Below are positions 32,687 to 42,562 of a DNA stretch of 64,000 nucleotides, piece after piece. The notes below the pieces were generated by a model. That model made no database searches, had not been told where the DNA came from, and saw nothing but the letters and a program-made list of their open reading frames with translations. This stretch comes from SAR86 cluster bacterium (lineage in GTDB: Bacteria > Pseudomonadota > Gammaproteobacteria > Magnimaribacterales > TMED112), in the NCBI GenBank assembly GCA_016779525.1, contig JADHNL010000002.1, positions 4,437-68,436 of the forward strand. The letters run 5' to 3'. The first letter of the stretch is position 1. Every line of letters starts with the position of its first letter. The position numbers and the translations under genes were made by a program.

Positions 32687-34139
32687 AGAACTCAATAAAA
32701 TTCAAAGAGATAGAGAAGAAAAGCTCAAGCTTTTAAGAAAAGGGGGTTTTAACTTTCCAAATAAGTTTGAAAAAGTAGATAAGCTGGGCGATACGCACTT
32801 AAAGTTTAGCGACAAAAATAAGGAAGAGTTAGAAAATCTTAGCCCATCAGTTCAGACAGCAGGAAGAGTTGTCTTAAAACGAGTAATGGGAAAAGCTGCT
32901 TTTATAACCCTAGAGGATGAATCTGGTAGATTGCAGGTTTATTTTTCATTGAATAATTTAGGTGAAGCTTTTTCACAAATAAATGATTGGGATTTGGGGG
33001 ATATTGTTGGGGTAAGTGGAAAACTATTTAGAACTAAAACAGACGAACTTACTATTGAAGCAACAACAAGCATACTTTTGACAAAGTCACTCAATCCAAT
33101 GCCAGAAAAGCATAAGGGCTTATCAAACATTGAAACTATTTATAGACAAAGATACCTGGATCTCATGAGCAGTTCAGACTCAAGAGAATTATTTAAAAAA
33201 CGAAATAGAATAATTTCCTCTTTGAGAAAAAACCTTGAAAATCAAGGGTTTCTTGAGGTTGAAACTCCAATGATGCATCCAATACCAGGAGGAGCAAATG
33301 CAAGACCATTTGAGACGCACCATAATGCATTAGACAAAAAGCTTTATTTAAGAATTGCACCTGAACTTTATCTTAAAAGACTACTTGTTGGTGGTTTTGA
33401 TAAGGTTTTTGAAATTAATAGAAACTTTAGAAATGAGGGCATTTCAACAGTGCATAATCCTGAGTTTACGATGTTGGAGTTCTACGAATCATACGGCAGT
33501 CTTGAGAAAACAACTAAGTTTGTCCAAAAATTAGTCCAAGACAGTATCTTAGAGGTAAATGAATCTTTAAAGATTGAATACGATGGTAAACCTTTGGATA
33601 TGTCAGGAGATTTTAAAGTTGCTTCAATAAAAGAGTTACTCGAGGAGAAGTTAGGGTGTGAATTAACTTCTCCGAAAGCTGTAATGAGTGCTGCAAAAAT
33701 AATGAAACTTCCCGTCAAAGAAAATTGGGGTTGGGGAAAAGTTTTGTTGGAGCTTTTTGAGGTGCATATTGAAGAAGATCTTTGGGAACCAACTTTTGTT
33801 AAAGATTATCCTTATGAGGTTTCTCCTTTATCAAGAAAGAAAGATGACAATCCGGAGTTTACTGACAGAATTGAGCTGTTTATTGCTGGTAGGGAGTTTG
33901 CCAATTTCTTTTGTGAATTAAATGATCCAATTGATCAGGAAGAGAGATTCGATGATCAGCTAAAACAAAAAGATTTAGGTGATATAGAAGCTATGTTCTT
34001 TGATGAAGATTATATCAATGCGCTGAAGCATGGGATGCCGCCAGCTGTTGGTGTTGGGATAGGAATTGATAGATTGGTTATGCTCGCTACTAATAAAACT
34101 TCGATCAGAGACGTTGTTTTGTTTCCAACTTTAAAATAG
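32676..34139 (+). CDS. lysS: Lysine--tRNA ligase (class II)
   Basis: 487 aa. OB-fold anticodon-binding domain and class II motifs (FRNEGIS, GIGIDRLVML). Downstream of prfB as in E. coli. Confidence 0.97.
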   Translation: MDTKELNKIQRDREEKLKLLRKGGFNFPNKFEKVDKLGDTHLKFSDKNKEELENLSPSVQTAGRVVLKRVMGKAAFITLEDESGRLQVYFSLNNLGEAFSQINDWDLGDIVGVSGKLFRTKTDELTIEATTSILLTKSLNPMPEKHKGLSNIETIYRQRYLDLMSSSDSRELFKKRNRIISSLRKNLENQGFLEVETPMMHPIPGGANARPFETHHNALDKKLYLRIAPELYLKRLLVGGFDKVFEINRNFRNEGISTVHNPEFTMLEFYESYGSLEKTTKFVQKLVQDSILEVNESLKIEYDGKPLDMSGDFKVASIKELLEEKLGCELTSPKAVMSAAKIMKLPVKENWGWGKVLLELFEVHIEEDLWEPTFVKDYPYEVSPLSRKKDDNPEFTDRIELFIAGREFANFFCELNDPIDQEERFDDQLKQKDLGDIEAMFFDEDYINALKHGMPPAVGVGIGIDRLVMLATNKTSIRDVVLFPTLK

Positions 34140-34150
34140 ATATTTTTTAG

Positions 34151-35137
34151 TTAAATAAGTTCCTTTATAAAGTTTCTCTCTTCAAGCAATTCATTTGCAG
34201 TAATTTCAAGCTTATTTTTTGCAAAGTCACTTAAACTAAAATCTCTTACAATTTCAATATCTCCATTTCCATCAGAAATTAGAGGAAAACCAGAAAATAT
34301 GCCCTCAGGCATACCATATGCTCCATCACTTAATATTGCTGCATTAAAGACATCACCAGATCTTGTTGGATGCTCTACTGCTTTGACAGTGTCACATGCA
34401 GCTCTAGCCGCAGAGGATGCTGAAGATGCTCCTCTGGCTTTAATAATTTCTGCACCTCTTTGTTGAATGCGGGGCAGGTACTCATTTTCAACCCAGGAAT
34501 GATTGTTAATTAAGTCATAAGCATTTTGACCATTAATATTTGTATTCTCTAAGTCTGGAAACATGGTCGGACTATGATTGCCAAACACTGCCAGCCTGTA
34601 GATGTCATCAACATGACAGTTTAATTTTATTGATAGCTGAGCTTTTGCCCTTAAGGCATCAAGCATTGTCATAGCCATCCAAAACTGATTTTTATTTGGT
34701 GAATTGCTGTAACCAATAAGCGCGTTTGTATTTGCGGGGTTTCCAACAACAAGAATTTTGCAGGATTGTTTTGCCTTTTCACCAATAGCCTTACCTTGTT
34801 CAGTAAAAATACCACCGTTAATTTGTAGCAAGTCTGATCGTTCTTTAATTTCTTTACCATTAAGCACAATACCCCGAGGGATAGAGCCAACTAAAAGACA
34901 CCAGTCTGCATCTATAACTGCATCTTGAATGTTATCAAAGGTACTAATTGAATTTACCGTGCTGTATGCAGAATCTTCTAGCTCTTTGACAAAACCATTC
35001 AATCTTTCCATGGCTGAGGGAATTTCAACTAAAGCTAAATCTATTTTCTCGTTTGATTTAAATACGCCCTGTTGGCATAAAAATGGAACTAGTGAGTAGG
35101 ATATTTGGCCAGCAGCCCCTGTTATTACAACTTTCAT
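34151..35137 (-). CDS. mdh: Malate dehydrogenase (type 2, MDH/LDH superfamily)
   Basis: 328 aa. MKVVITGAAGQISYSL N-terminus, VGNPANTNA, GNHSPTMFPD motifs. Confidence 0.92.
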   Translation of the reverse strand: MKVVITGAAGQISYSLVPFLCQQGVFKSNEKIDLALVEIPSAMERLNGFVKELEDSAYSTVNSISTFDNIQDAVIDADWCLLVGSIPRGIVLNGKEIKERSDLLQINGGIFTEQGKAIGEKAKQSCKILVVGNPANTNALIGYSNSPNKNQFWMAMTMLDALRAKAQLSIKLNCHVDDIYRLAVFGNHSPTMFPDLENTNINGQNAYDLINNHSWVENEYLPRIQQRGAEIIKARGASSASSAARAACDTVKAVEHPTRSGDVFNAAILSDGAYGMPEGIFSGFPLISDGNGDIEIVRDFSLSDFAKNKLEITANELLEERNFIKELI

Positions 35138-35226
35138 AGCTTTGATTTATTCTTATTCTATGTTTACTTGTTATTTAATTCCATTAGAATCATCATTTCA
35201 TATATTAATAATTAAGGAGTCAGACA

Positions 35227-36138
35227 ATGTCACTAGATTTTAAGGGAAAAGTTGCAATAGTAACAGGCTCAGGAGGAGGCATAGGAAAAGGTTATGCACT
35301 TGAGCTGGCTAGAAGAGGCGCAAAAGTTGTTGTCAATGATTTGGGCGGATCTGTCGATGGTACAGGGGGTTCAGTTTCTGCTGCTGAAGCCGTAGTCCAA
35401 GAAATTGAAGCGAATGGAGGCGAGGCGTTAGCAAATGGAGCAAACGTCAGCAATCAATCCGATGTTAAAGATATGGTTGAATCAACAATCAGCAAATGGG
35501 GAAGGGTCGATATTTTAATTAATAATGCCGGCATTCTTCGAGATAAGTCTTTTGGAAAAATGGAATGGGAAGATTTTGTCGCAGTTATTAACGTTCACTT
35601 GCTTGGTTCAGCTCTATGTGCTCATAGTGTTTTTCCTGTAATGAAAGAACAAGAATATGGAAGAATAATTATGACATCTTCATCATCAGGACTTTTTGGT
35701 AATTTTGGGCAAACAAATTATGCTGCAGCAAAAATGGGAGTAGTGGGATTAATGAACACTCTTAAGCTTGAAGGAGCAAAATACAATGTTCATACCAACT
35801 CTATTGCACCTACAGCAACAACAAGAATGACTGAGCATTTATTTCCTGCTGAGTTTGGTGAGCAGCTAGATCCAAAATATATTATTCCAGCTGTTGTATA
35901 TCTTGCGAGTGAAAAAGCACCAAATGGAGAAATCCTAGAAGCAGGTGGAGGTGTAGTTGCCAACACATATGTTATGGAAACAATGGGTAAGTTTTTTGGA
36001 ACAGACGAAAGTTTTACAGCCGAAGCTGTAGCAGAAAGCTGGGCAGAAATAGCTGATACCAATGATGCTAGAAGGCCTTTTCAAGGTGGAGATGTTGCTT
36101 TGAAGCACTTTGAAACCATTCAAAAGACAAAGAAGTAA
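35227..36138 (+). CDS. Short-chain dehydrogenase/reductase (hydroxyacyl-CoA dehydrogenase / MFE-2-like SDR)
   Basis: 303 aa. TGSGGGIGK cofactor motif, NNAGILRD, catalytic Y..AAK (NYAAAKMG). Confidence 0.85.
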   Translation: MSLDFKGKVAIVTGSGGGIGKGYALELARRGAKVVVNDLGGSVDGTGGSVSAAEAVVQEIEANGGEALANGANVSNQSDVKDMVESTISKWGRVDILINNAGILRDKSFGKMEWEDFVAVINVHLLGSALCAHSVFPVMKEQEYGRIIMTSSSSGLFGNFGQTNYAAAKMGVVGLMNTLKLEGAKYNVHTNSIAPTATTRMTEHLFPAEFGEQLDPKYIIPAVVYLASEKAPNGEILEAGGGVVANTYVMETMGKFFGTDESFTAEAVAESWAEIADTNDARRPFQGGDVALKHFETIQKTKK

Positions 36139-36155
36139 ATTTCATAAATAAAAAT

Positions 36156-36184
36156 AAAAAAAAGGCTCTTGTGAGCCTTTTTTT
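36156..36184. terminator. Bidirectional intrinsic terminator between the SDR gene and nrdB
   Basis: A8-GGCTC-TTGT-GAGCC-T8. The hairpin is flanked by an A-run and a T-run, so it can serve both convergent genes. Confidence 0.85.
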
Positions 36185-36228
36185 ATTTAAAGCACCACCA
36201 TAGTTGCAGACCTACAGCAGCGCAACTT

Positions 36229-37443
36229 TTAATCGAATTGCAAAGAACCGCCAACCTGGTATTCAATGACTCTGGTTTCAAAGAAGTTTTTCTCCTTCCT
36301 AAGGTCCATGATTTCAGACATCCATGGAAATGGATTCTTAACACCTGGGTACTCTTCACTTAAACCAATCTGTACAAGTCTTCTGTTGCAGATAAATTTT
36401 AAATATTCTTCCATCATTACTGCATTCATTCCTAAGACTCCTCGTGGCATTGAATCTCTTGCGTATTCTATTTCATATTGTGTTCCTTCAAGTATTAAGT
36501 TTCTGGCTCTTGTCTTCATGTCCTCATCCCATATATTTGGATTTTCATTAATGATTGTATTGATAACATCAATTCCAAAGTTTACATGCATGGATTCATC
36601 ACGAAGTATGTACTGAAATTGTTCTGAGACTCCGGTCATTTTGTTTAATCTTCCCATTGATAGTACTTGCGTAAAACCGCAATAGAAGAACATACCTTCA
36701 AGCACACAATAATAAGCTATTAGATTGCTAAGAAACTCTTTATCACTCTCAGGTGTACCAGTACTAAAACTAGGATCAGAAAGAGATCTTGTGTGTTTTA
36801 GGCCCCAAGCAGCTTTTTTTTCAACCGAAGGCACTTCTCTGTACATATTAAATATTTCACCTTCATCCATACCTAATGATTCAACACAGTACTGATATGC
36901 GTGAGTATGAATTGCTTCTTCAAATGCTTGTCGTAGAAGATATTGTCTGCATTCAGGGTTTGTTATTTGTCTGTATACAGAAAGGACAAGGTTATTTGCT
37001 ACCAATGAATCTGCAGTTGAAAAAAATCCTAAACTTCTTTTAACAATCCTTCTTTCATCTTCTGAGAGACCATCATTACTTTTCCATAAAGCAATATCTG
37101 AAGTCATATTGATTTCTTGAGGCATCCAGTGATTGGCGCAACCATCGAGATATTTTTTCCAAGCCCATTCATATTTAAAGGGCACAAGTTGATTGAGATC
37201 TGCCCTTGAATTAATCATGGCTTTTTGATCAACTTGCACCCTGCCTTCTAATGTATCTAGATCTTCTTTAGCTAGCTTCATATCCTCTTCAGTGAGTGTA
37301 GAAACACTTGCAGCCTCTTGATTAGATGTATTTGTAACTTGCTCACTTTGTTGAAGCTGAACCTGTGGCTCTGCTCTTTCTTGTGCTTTCTCTTGTTTTT
37401 TTTCTGTTATTTCTTCTTTATGATAATCGTCCCAATTTAACAT
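36229..37443 (-). CDS. nrdB: Class Ia ribonucleotide reductase beta subunit (Pseudomonas-type long NrdB)
   Basis: Start [11 protein letters not shown] with a [36 protein letters not shown] resembles the Pseudomonas NrdB N-terminal region. Di-iron E..H motifs ([17 protein letters not shown]). Confidence 0.95.
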   Translation of the reverse strand: MLNWDDYHKEEITEKKQEKAQERAEPQVQLQQSEQVTNTSNQEAASVSTLTEEDMKLAKEDLDTLEGRVQVDQKAMINSRADLNQLVPFKYEWAWKKYLDGCANHWMPQEINMTSDIALWKSNDGLSEDERRIVKRSLGFFSTADSLVANNLVLSVYRQITNPECRQYLLRQAFEEAIHTHAYQYCVESLGMDEGEIFNMYREVPSVEKKAAWGLKHTRSLSDPSFSTGTPESDKEFLSNLIAYYCVLEGMFFYCGFTQVLSMGRLNKMTGVSEQFQYILRDESMHVNFGIDVINTIINENPNIWDEDMKTRARNLILEGTQYEIEYARDSMPRGVLGMNAVMMEEYLKFICNRRLVQIGLSEEYPGVKNPFPWMSEIMDLRKEKNFFETRVIEYQVGGSLQFD

Positions 37444-37451
37444 TTTTCCTC

Positions 37452-40259
37452 CTATTGGCATGCCTCACAATCTGGATCTAATATACTGCAAGCTTTTGGT
37501 GCAGAAGCAGAAGCTGTTGAGCTTTTAGCTGCAGTTTCAACTGCATTTAAATTACTTCTTTCAACAGTTGATTTTTCTGTTGAAGTTGCGCCCATCGATC
37601 TCAAGTAATATGTTGTTTTAAGGCCCTTGTACCACGCCATTCTATATGTGATATCAAGTTTTTTCCCATCAACATTTGCAATATATAAGTTCAGTGATTG
37701 AGCTTGATCAATCCATTTTTGTCTTCTGCTAGCTGATTCAACTATGTAGCGTGGCTCAACTTCAAATGCTGTCAAAAATCTTTTTTTAATGTCTTCAGGG
37801 ATTCTGTTTATCTGTGAAAGTGATCCTTCAAAATATTTAAGATCGCTTAGCATTACATCATCCCAAAGGTCTACTTTCTTTAATTCTTCAATTAAATAAG
37901 GATTAACTATTGTAAATTCGCCTGATAAATTGGATTTAACAAAAAGGTTTTGGTAGGTGGGCTCAATAGATTGGGATACTCCGGTAATGTTGGCTATAGT
38001 TGCAGTGGGGGCAATAGCCATAACGTTCGAGTTTCTCATCCCTGTAGTTTTAACTTTCTCTCTTAATTTATCCCAATCAAGATTTGTATCAGTATTTTGA
38101 TCAATAAATCCTTCTCCTCTTTGTTCTTTAAGTAGTTGGATTGAATCTATTGGGAGAATACCCTGATCCCAAAGAGAGTCTTTATAGGTCTCGTATGTTC
38201 CTCTTTCCTTAGCTAAGTCTGATGATGCATCTATTGCGAAGTAGCTTATAAGTTCCATTGATTTATCAGCGAAGTCAACGGCTTCTTCTGAATTGTATGA
38301 TATTCCGAGTTTATATAAGGCATCTTGGAAACCCATTAAACCCAAGCCAACTGGTCTGTGTTTTTTGTTGGAATTTTCAGCTTGAGGAACAGGGTAATAA
38401 TTTATATCAATAACGTTATCTAACATTCTTACAGCAGTATTTACTGTCTGTTTCAGTTGCTCCACATTTATTTTGCCATCTTGAATGTGCTGAGGGAGAT
38501 TTATGCTGCCTAAATTACAAACTGCTATTTCTTCTTCATTGGTATTTAAAGTGATCTCTGTACACAAGTTAGATGAATGCACTGTTCCTACATGCCCTTG
38601 AGGTGATCTTACATTGCATGGATCTTTGAACGTTATCCAAGGATGTCCTGTTTCAAAAAGCATGGACAGCATTTTCCTCCAAAGGTTTTTTGCAGGGATC
38701 TTCTTAAAGTGAGAGATAGTTCCATCTTCTGTCATTCTTTCGTATTGTTCGTACCTTTTTTCAAATGCTGAGCCATATATATCGTGCAGATCAGGCACAT
38801 CAGAAGGGGAGAAAAGAGTCCACTCCTTTTCTTCTTCAAGTCGCTTCATAAACAAATCTGGTATCCAGTTTGCTGTATTCATATCGTGAGTTCTTCTCCT
38901 ATCATCTCCGGTGTTTTTTCTCAGATCTAAAAATTCTTCCACATCCATATGCCAACACTCAAGATATGCACAAAATGCCCCTTTTCTTTTGCCACCCTGA
39001 TTAACGGCAACTGCTGTGTCATTGGAAACTTTTAGAAATGGAACTATTCCTTGGCTCTTTCCATTTGTTCCTTTTATTCTTGAACCAAGGGCACGAACAT
39101 TTGTCCAATCATTTCCAAGACCTCCTGCCCACTTTGAAAGCAAAGCATTATCTCTTATGGCTCCATATATTCCAGAAAGATCATCTGGCACTGTTGTTAG
39201 GTAGCATGAAGATAATTGTGGTCTATGTGTGCCTGAATTGAAAAGAGTTGGTGTTGAGCTCATGTAGTCAAAGGATGAAAGTAACTTGTAGAATTCTATA
39301 GCTCTTTCTGTTTTATTCTCTTCATTTACTGCAAGCCCCATTGCTACTCTCATTAAAAAGACTTGAGGCAATTCGTACCTGGTGTCTTCTGATGTAATGA
39401 AGTATCTGTCATAAAGTGTTTGCAAACCTAAGTATGTGAAATTGAAATCTCTCTTTTCATCAATTGCATCTTGGATTTTTTCTAAATCAAAGGTGAGTAA
39501 TTCTTTGTTAAGAAAATCAAGTTCGATACCTTTTTCAAACGTCTTTAACAATGCTTCTTTGTACATTTCCTTTCTGTTTGATCTTTTAGCTAAGTCAACA
39601 CCAAGAAAACTTAAAACCTCATTTTCTATGTTATTCAAAAGTATCCTTGCTGTGACGTATGAGTAGTTTGGTTCTTTTTCCACCAATGTCCTAGCAGCAA
39701 TTACCATACAATCAGCAAGATCTTTTTCTGTCATGCCTTCGTAGGATGAAGCCTTTATTTCTTTGATTAGAGCTTCAGGGTCTACATCGTTTAAGTCTGC
39801 ACAAGCTTTATTGATTATTGCGCTAATGGGGTTATCTTGGTCATCTTTTGTTGAATCTACTGGTATTGCTTCTTTCCTTTCTTGTTTTCGGGCCTCTCTA
39901 TATAACACATAGCTCCTTGCAACTTTATGATGCTCGCTTCTCATTAATTGAAGTTCAACTTGGTCTTGTATCTCTTCTATGTGGATCGTTCCACCGGATG
40001 GCATTCTTCTTTCAAAAACTTCTACGACTGCTTTTGTTAAGATGTCTACATTCTCATGAATTCTTGATGATCCAGCAGCTGTTCCGCCCTCTACTGCAAG
40101 AAAAGCTTTCATTATCGCAACCTTAATTTTTTCTTCTACGAAAGAGACTACTTTTCCATTCCGTTTTATGACTCTCATTTTTCCGGGTGTTAGGACTATA
40201 TTTGGTTGTTGCATTTCTTCGGTTTTGTTGCTTGCGCTTTGAATTGTTTGTTGATCCAT
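37452..40259 (-). CDS. nrdA: Class Ia ribonucleotide reductase alpha subunit
   Basis: Start MDQQTIQ at 40259 (the longer ORF to 40343 runs into the operator region). ATP-cone ([11 protein letters not shown]), catalytic NLCTEI, C-terminal CxxC tail (DPDCEACQ). Confidence 0.95.
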   Translation of the reverse strand: MDQQTIQSASNKTEEMQQPNIVLTPGKMRVIKRNGKVVSFVEEKIKVAIMKAFLAVEGGTAAGSSRIHENVDILTKAVVEVFERRMPSGGTIHIEEIQDQVELQLMRSEHHKVARSYVLYREARKQERKEAIPVDSTKDDQDNPISAIINKACADLNDVDPEALIKEIKASSYEGMTEKDLADCMVIAARTLVEKEPNYSYVTARILLNNIENEVLSFLGVDLAKRSNRKEMYKEALLKTFEKGIELDFLNKELLTFDLEKIQDAIDEKRDFNFTYLGLQTLYDRYFITSEDTRYELPQVFLMRVAMGLAVNEENKTERAIEFYKLLSSFDYMSSTPTLFNSGTHRPQLSSCYLTTVPDDLSGIYGAIRDNALLSKWAGGLGNDWTNVRALGSRIKGTNGKSQGIVPFLKVSNDTAVAVNQGGKRKGAFCAYLECWHMDVEEFLDLRKNTGDDRRRTHDMNTANWIPDLFMKRLEEEKEWTLFSPSDVPDLHDIYGSAFEKRYEQYERMTEDGTISHFKKIPAKNLWRKMLSMLFETGHPWITFKDPCNVRSPQGHVGTVHSSNLCTEITLNTNEEEIAVCNLGSINLPQHIQDGKINVEQLKQTVNTAVRMLDNVIDINYYPVPQAENSNKKHRPVGLGLMGFQDALYKLGISYNSEEAVDFADKSMELISYFAIDASSDLAKERGTYETYKDSLWDQGILPIDSIQLLKEQRGEGFIDQNTDTNLDWDKLREKVKTTGMRNSNVMAIAPTATIANITGVSQSIEPTYQNLFVKSNLSGEFTIVNPYLIEELKKVDLWDDVMLSDLKYFEGSLSQINRIPEDIKKRFLTAFEVEPRYIVESASRRQKWIDQAQSLNLYIANVDGKKLDITYRMAWYKGLKTTYYLRSMGATSTEKSTVERSNLNAVETAAKSSTASASAPKACSILDPDCEACQ

Positions 40260-40306
40260 GACTATTGGTATTTTTATGCATATAAAACTTACATTCAAGC
40301 TTTTTA

Positions 40307-40353
40307 GCACAATATGTTGTGTTATTTTTTTTTGATAACACAATATGCAGTGT
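40307..40353. promoter_or_regulatory. Tandem NrdR boxes upstream of nrdA
   Basis: GCACAATATGTTGTGT (40307-40322) and ACACAATATGCAGTGT (40338-40353). Both resemble the 16-bp NrdR palindrome acaCwAtATaTwGtgt, and their starts are 31 bp apart (about 3 helical turns). Confidence 0.75.
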
Positions 40354-40359
40354 TTTACC

Positions 40360-40368
40360 TGTGGATAA
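40360..40368. promoter_or_regulatory. Consensus DnaA box in the nrdA/serA-like divergent region
   Basis: TGTGGATAA is the reverse complement of TTATCCACA. A degenerate copy (ATTGGATAA) follows at 40371-40379. Confidence 0.55.
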
Positions 40369-40447
40369 ACATTGGATAAATTGGGTACTTTTTTTTTATT
40401 TTTATTTCCATAGAGGCTTAAAGTATGTATTATCAGAAGCTTTCTAC

Positions 40448-41635
40448 ATGAAAGTAAAAGTTCTTAATAACATTGCCAAGACTGGCCTAGATATTCTTGA
40501 AAAAGAAGGATTTTTTTTGCAAGAAAATGATGGTTTGGATGGTTGTAGTGGCATTGTATTAAGAAGTCACAATATTGCTGAAGAAAAACTACCTAAATCA
40601 ATTTTTGCTATTGCCCGAGCAGGGGCAGGTACCAACAATATTGATGTAGAAGATTGCTCTCAAAATGGTGTTGTTGTTTTTAATACTCCAGGTGCAAATG
40701 CAAACGCAGTAAAAGAGATGGTTCTTTGCTCTTTGATTCTAGGAAAAAGGGACCTTGTTTCTGGGAATAGGTCTATTGATGCAATAGATATAGACAATAT
40801 GGATGATGAAGCTGTTATTAAAGAAATTGAGGCCATGAAGAAATTATATGTCGGGAGCGAAATTAAAAATAAAAATCTTACAGTAGTTGGGCTTGGTGCG
40901 ATTGGCTCTATGGTGGCAGAGCATGCAATACAGTTGGGAATGAATGTTACAGGTTATGATCCTGGGTTGACGGTGGAAACAGCACTAAGATTACCAAGCT
41001 CAATTAAAATGGCAAATTCTCTTGAAGGTTCTCTTAGGGATGCAGAATACATTTCTTTGCACATACCTCTTGTTCCAGACACCAAAGAAATCATCAATAG
41101 TAAGTTGATAACAAAACTAAATAATAGTGTGCTAATTAATTTTTCAAGAGGAGGGATCGTTTGTGAGGAAAGTTTGCTGGATGGATTAGACCAAAAGTTT
41201 TTGTATAAATACGTTACCGACTTCCCTACAAAGAAATTAATCAATAGAGTGAGGACAAAAAAAGATGTAGTAATCTTTCCACACTTAGGAGCCAGCACAA
41301 CAGAAAGTGAAATTAACTGTGCAGAAATGGCATGCTCTCAGCTTGCAGATTTTTTAAATAAAGGAAAAATAGTTAATAGCGTCAACTTTCCTAACATCTC
41401 ATCAGAAAAAGTAAGCAAACATAGAATATATTTTTCAAACATTAATGAGCCTGGAATCATTAGCAAAGTAGCAGATGTGCTTGCTCAAGAAAATGTCAAC
41501 ATTGTCGAATTTGTAAATAAAAGTCGCAACAATCTAGCGAGCAATATTATTGATTCAGATGATGAAATAGCGCCTCACATTCTTGATAGACTAATGAAAA
41601 TAAAGGGTGTGACAAATGCAAGACTTTGCTATTAA
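40448..41635 (+). CDS. serA: D-3-phosphoglycerate dehydrogenase-like 2-hydroxyacid dehydrogenase with a C-terminal ACT domain
   Basis: Start MKVKVLNNIAKTG at 40448. ARAGAGTNNID, GLGAIGSMVA NAD motif, FPHLGAST, and an ACT-like tail (IYFSNINEPGIISKVADVLAQENVNI). Confidence 0.82.
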   Translation: MKVKVLNNIAKTGLDILEKEGFFLQENDGLDGCSGIVLRSHNIAEEKLPKSIFAIARAGAGTNNIDVEDCSQNGVVVFNTPGANANAVKEMVLCSLILGKRDLVSGNRSIDAIDIDNMDDEAVIKEIEAMKKLYVGSEIKNKNLTVVGLGAIGSMVAEHAIQLGMNVTGYDPGLTVETALRLPSSIKMANSLEGSLRDAEYISLHIPLVPDTKEIINSKLITKLNNSVLINFSRGGIVCEESLLDGLDQKFLYKYVTDFPTKKLINRVRTKKDVVIFPHLGASTTESEINCAEMACSQLADFLNKGKIVNSVNFPNISSEKVSKHRIYFSNINEPGIISKVADVLAQENVNIVEFVNKSRNNLASNIIDSDDEIAPHILDRLMKIKGVTNARLCY

Positions 41636-41856
41636 AAAAACAGGCTTTTTTTTAGTAAAAAACCTTGCTTTTCACACAGGCCGCTAAAATCAATTTGTTT
41701 AGCTAAGTTGCAATCTTTTTTTTTATAAAAAATATTACCCATCCACCGAAGCTCGCTTTATTAAGGTGTTTGAAGTAGTTGCTTATTTTTTAACCAATCT
41801 ATTAAGAATGTTTGTGTTTAAGGCATTTATTAAATATTTCTTAGTTTTCCCCAAAG

Positions 41857-41879
41857 TTATCCACAGTTTCTGTGGATAA
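41857..41879. promoter_or_regulatory. Perfect palindrome made of two consensus DnaA boxes
   Basis: TTATCCACAG-TTT-CTGTGGATAA, 36 nt upstream of the ung ATG. Confidence 0.5.
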
Positions 41880-41914
41880 AAAAATATGTTATTTTTAAAA
41901 CTATTTTGGAGCCT

Positions 41915-42562
41915 ATGAATTGGGAAGAGCTAATAGAATTAGAGACTAAAAAAGATTATTTTAAGTCGATTAAAAAATCGATCTTAAGCGACAATAAGCA
42001 TGGAAAATCAATCTTCCCATATCCAAAAAATTATTTCAAAGCATTTGAATTATGCTCTTTCAAAGATTTAAAAGTAGTAATCCTAGGACAAGATCCATAT
42101 CACACACCAGGCGTTGCAGATGGTCTTGCTTTTTCATCTGGTATTGATAGCTATATGCCTCCATCTTTGAGAAATATTTTTTTAGAAATCGAAAGTGATG
42201 TGGGTATAAGAAATAAAATTGTTTCATTAGAAGGCTGGGCAAAGCAAGGTGTGCTTTTACTTAATTCATATCTATCAGTTCAAGAAGGCGAGCCACTCTC
42301 TCACGCAAAAATAGGTTGGGAGATTTTTACAAACAAGGTTTTAATTGAGGCAAGCAGAAAGTGTAATGTTGTCTTCATGCTATGGGGGAGTTATGCACGC
42401 TCAAAAAAAGATATTTTAAAAGGTGAAAATTTAATTCTAGAAACTACTCATCCATCACCTCTTTCAGCTCATAGAGGATTTTTTGGGTGTAAACACTTCT
42501 CAAGAGCAAATGCTTTTCTAGAGAAACATGGCACTAAAGAGATTGACTGGCAGCTAACTTAG
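41915..42562 (+). CDS. ung: Uracil-DNA glycosylase (family 1)
   Basis: ATG at 41915 preceded by GGAG. Motifs VILGQDPYH, GVLLLN, HPSPLS. Confidence 0.95.
   Translation: MNWEELIELETKKDYFKSIKKSILSDNKHGKSIFPYPKNYFKAFELCSFKDLKVVILGQDPYHTPGVADGLAFSSGIDSYMPPSLRNIFLEIESDVGIRNKIVSLEGWAKQGVLLLNSYLSVQEGEPLSHAKIGWEIFTNKVLIEASRKCNVVFMLWGSYARSKKDILKGENLILETTHPSPLSAHRGFFGCKHFSRANAFLEKHGTKEIDWQLT

Noticed and set aside
36229-37443. The ~70-aa Glu/Gln-rich N-terminal extension of NrdB as an unusual fusion.
   Set aside because: The same long N-terminus (MLxWDxF...[27 protein letters not shown]) is characteristic of Pseudomonas-type NrdB, so it is a lineage feature, not a novelty.
40260-40447. The longer ORF-track starts for nrdA (40343) and the serA-like gene (40319).
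   Set aside because: The extensions (MCYQKKITQHIV..., MLFFFDNTICSV...) are unconserved-looking and overlap each other and the NrdR/DnaA operator sites. Internal ATGs give N-termini that match homologues.
41636-41914. The chromosomal replication origin (oriC) hypothesis for the AT-rich spacer with DnaA boxes.
   Set aside because: There are only two boxes, arranged as one palindrome. I see no cluster of additional boxes, no 13-mer DUE-like repeats and no dnaA/gidA/mioC context.
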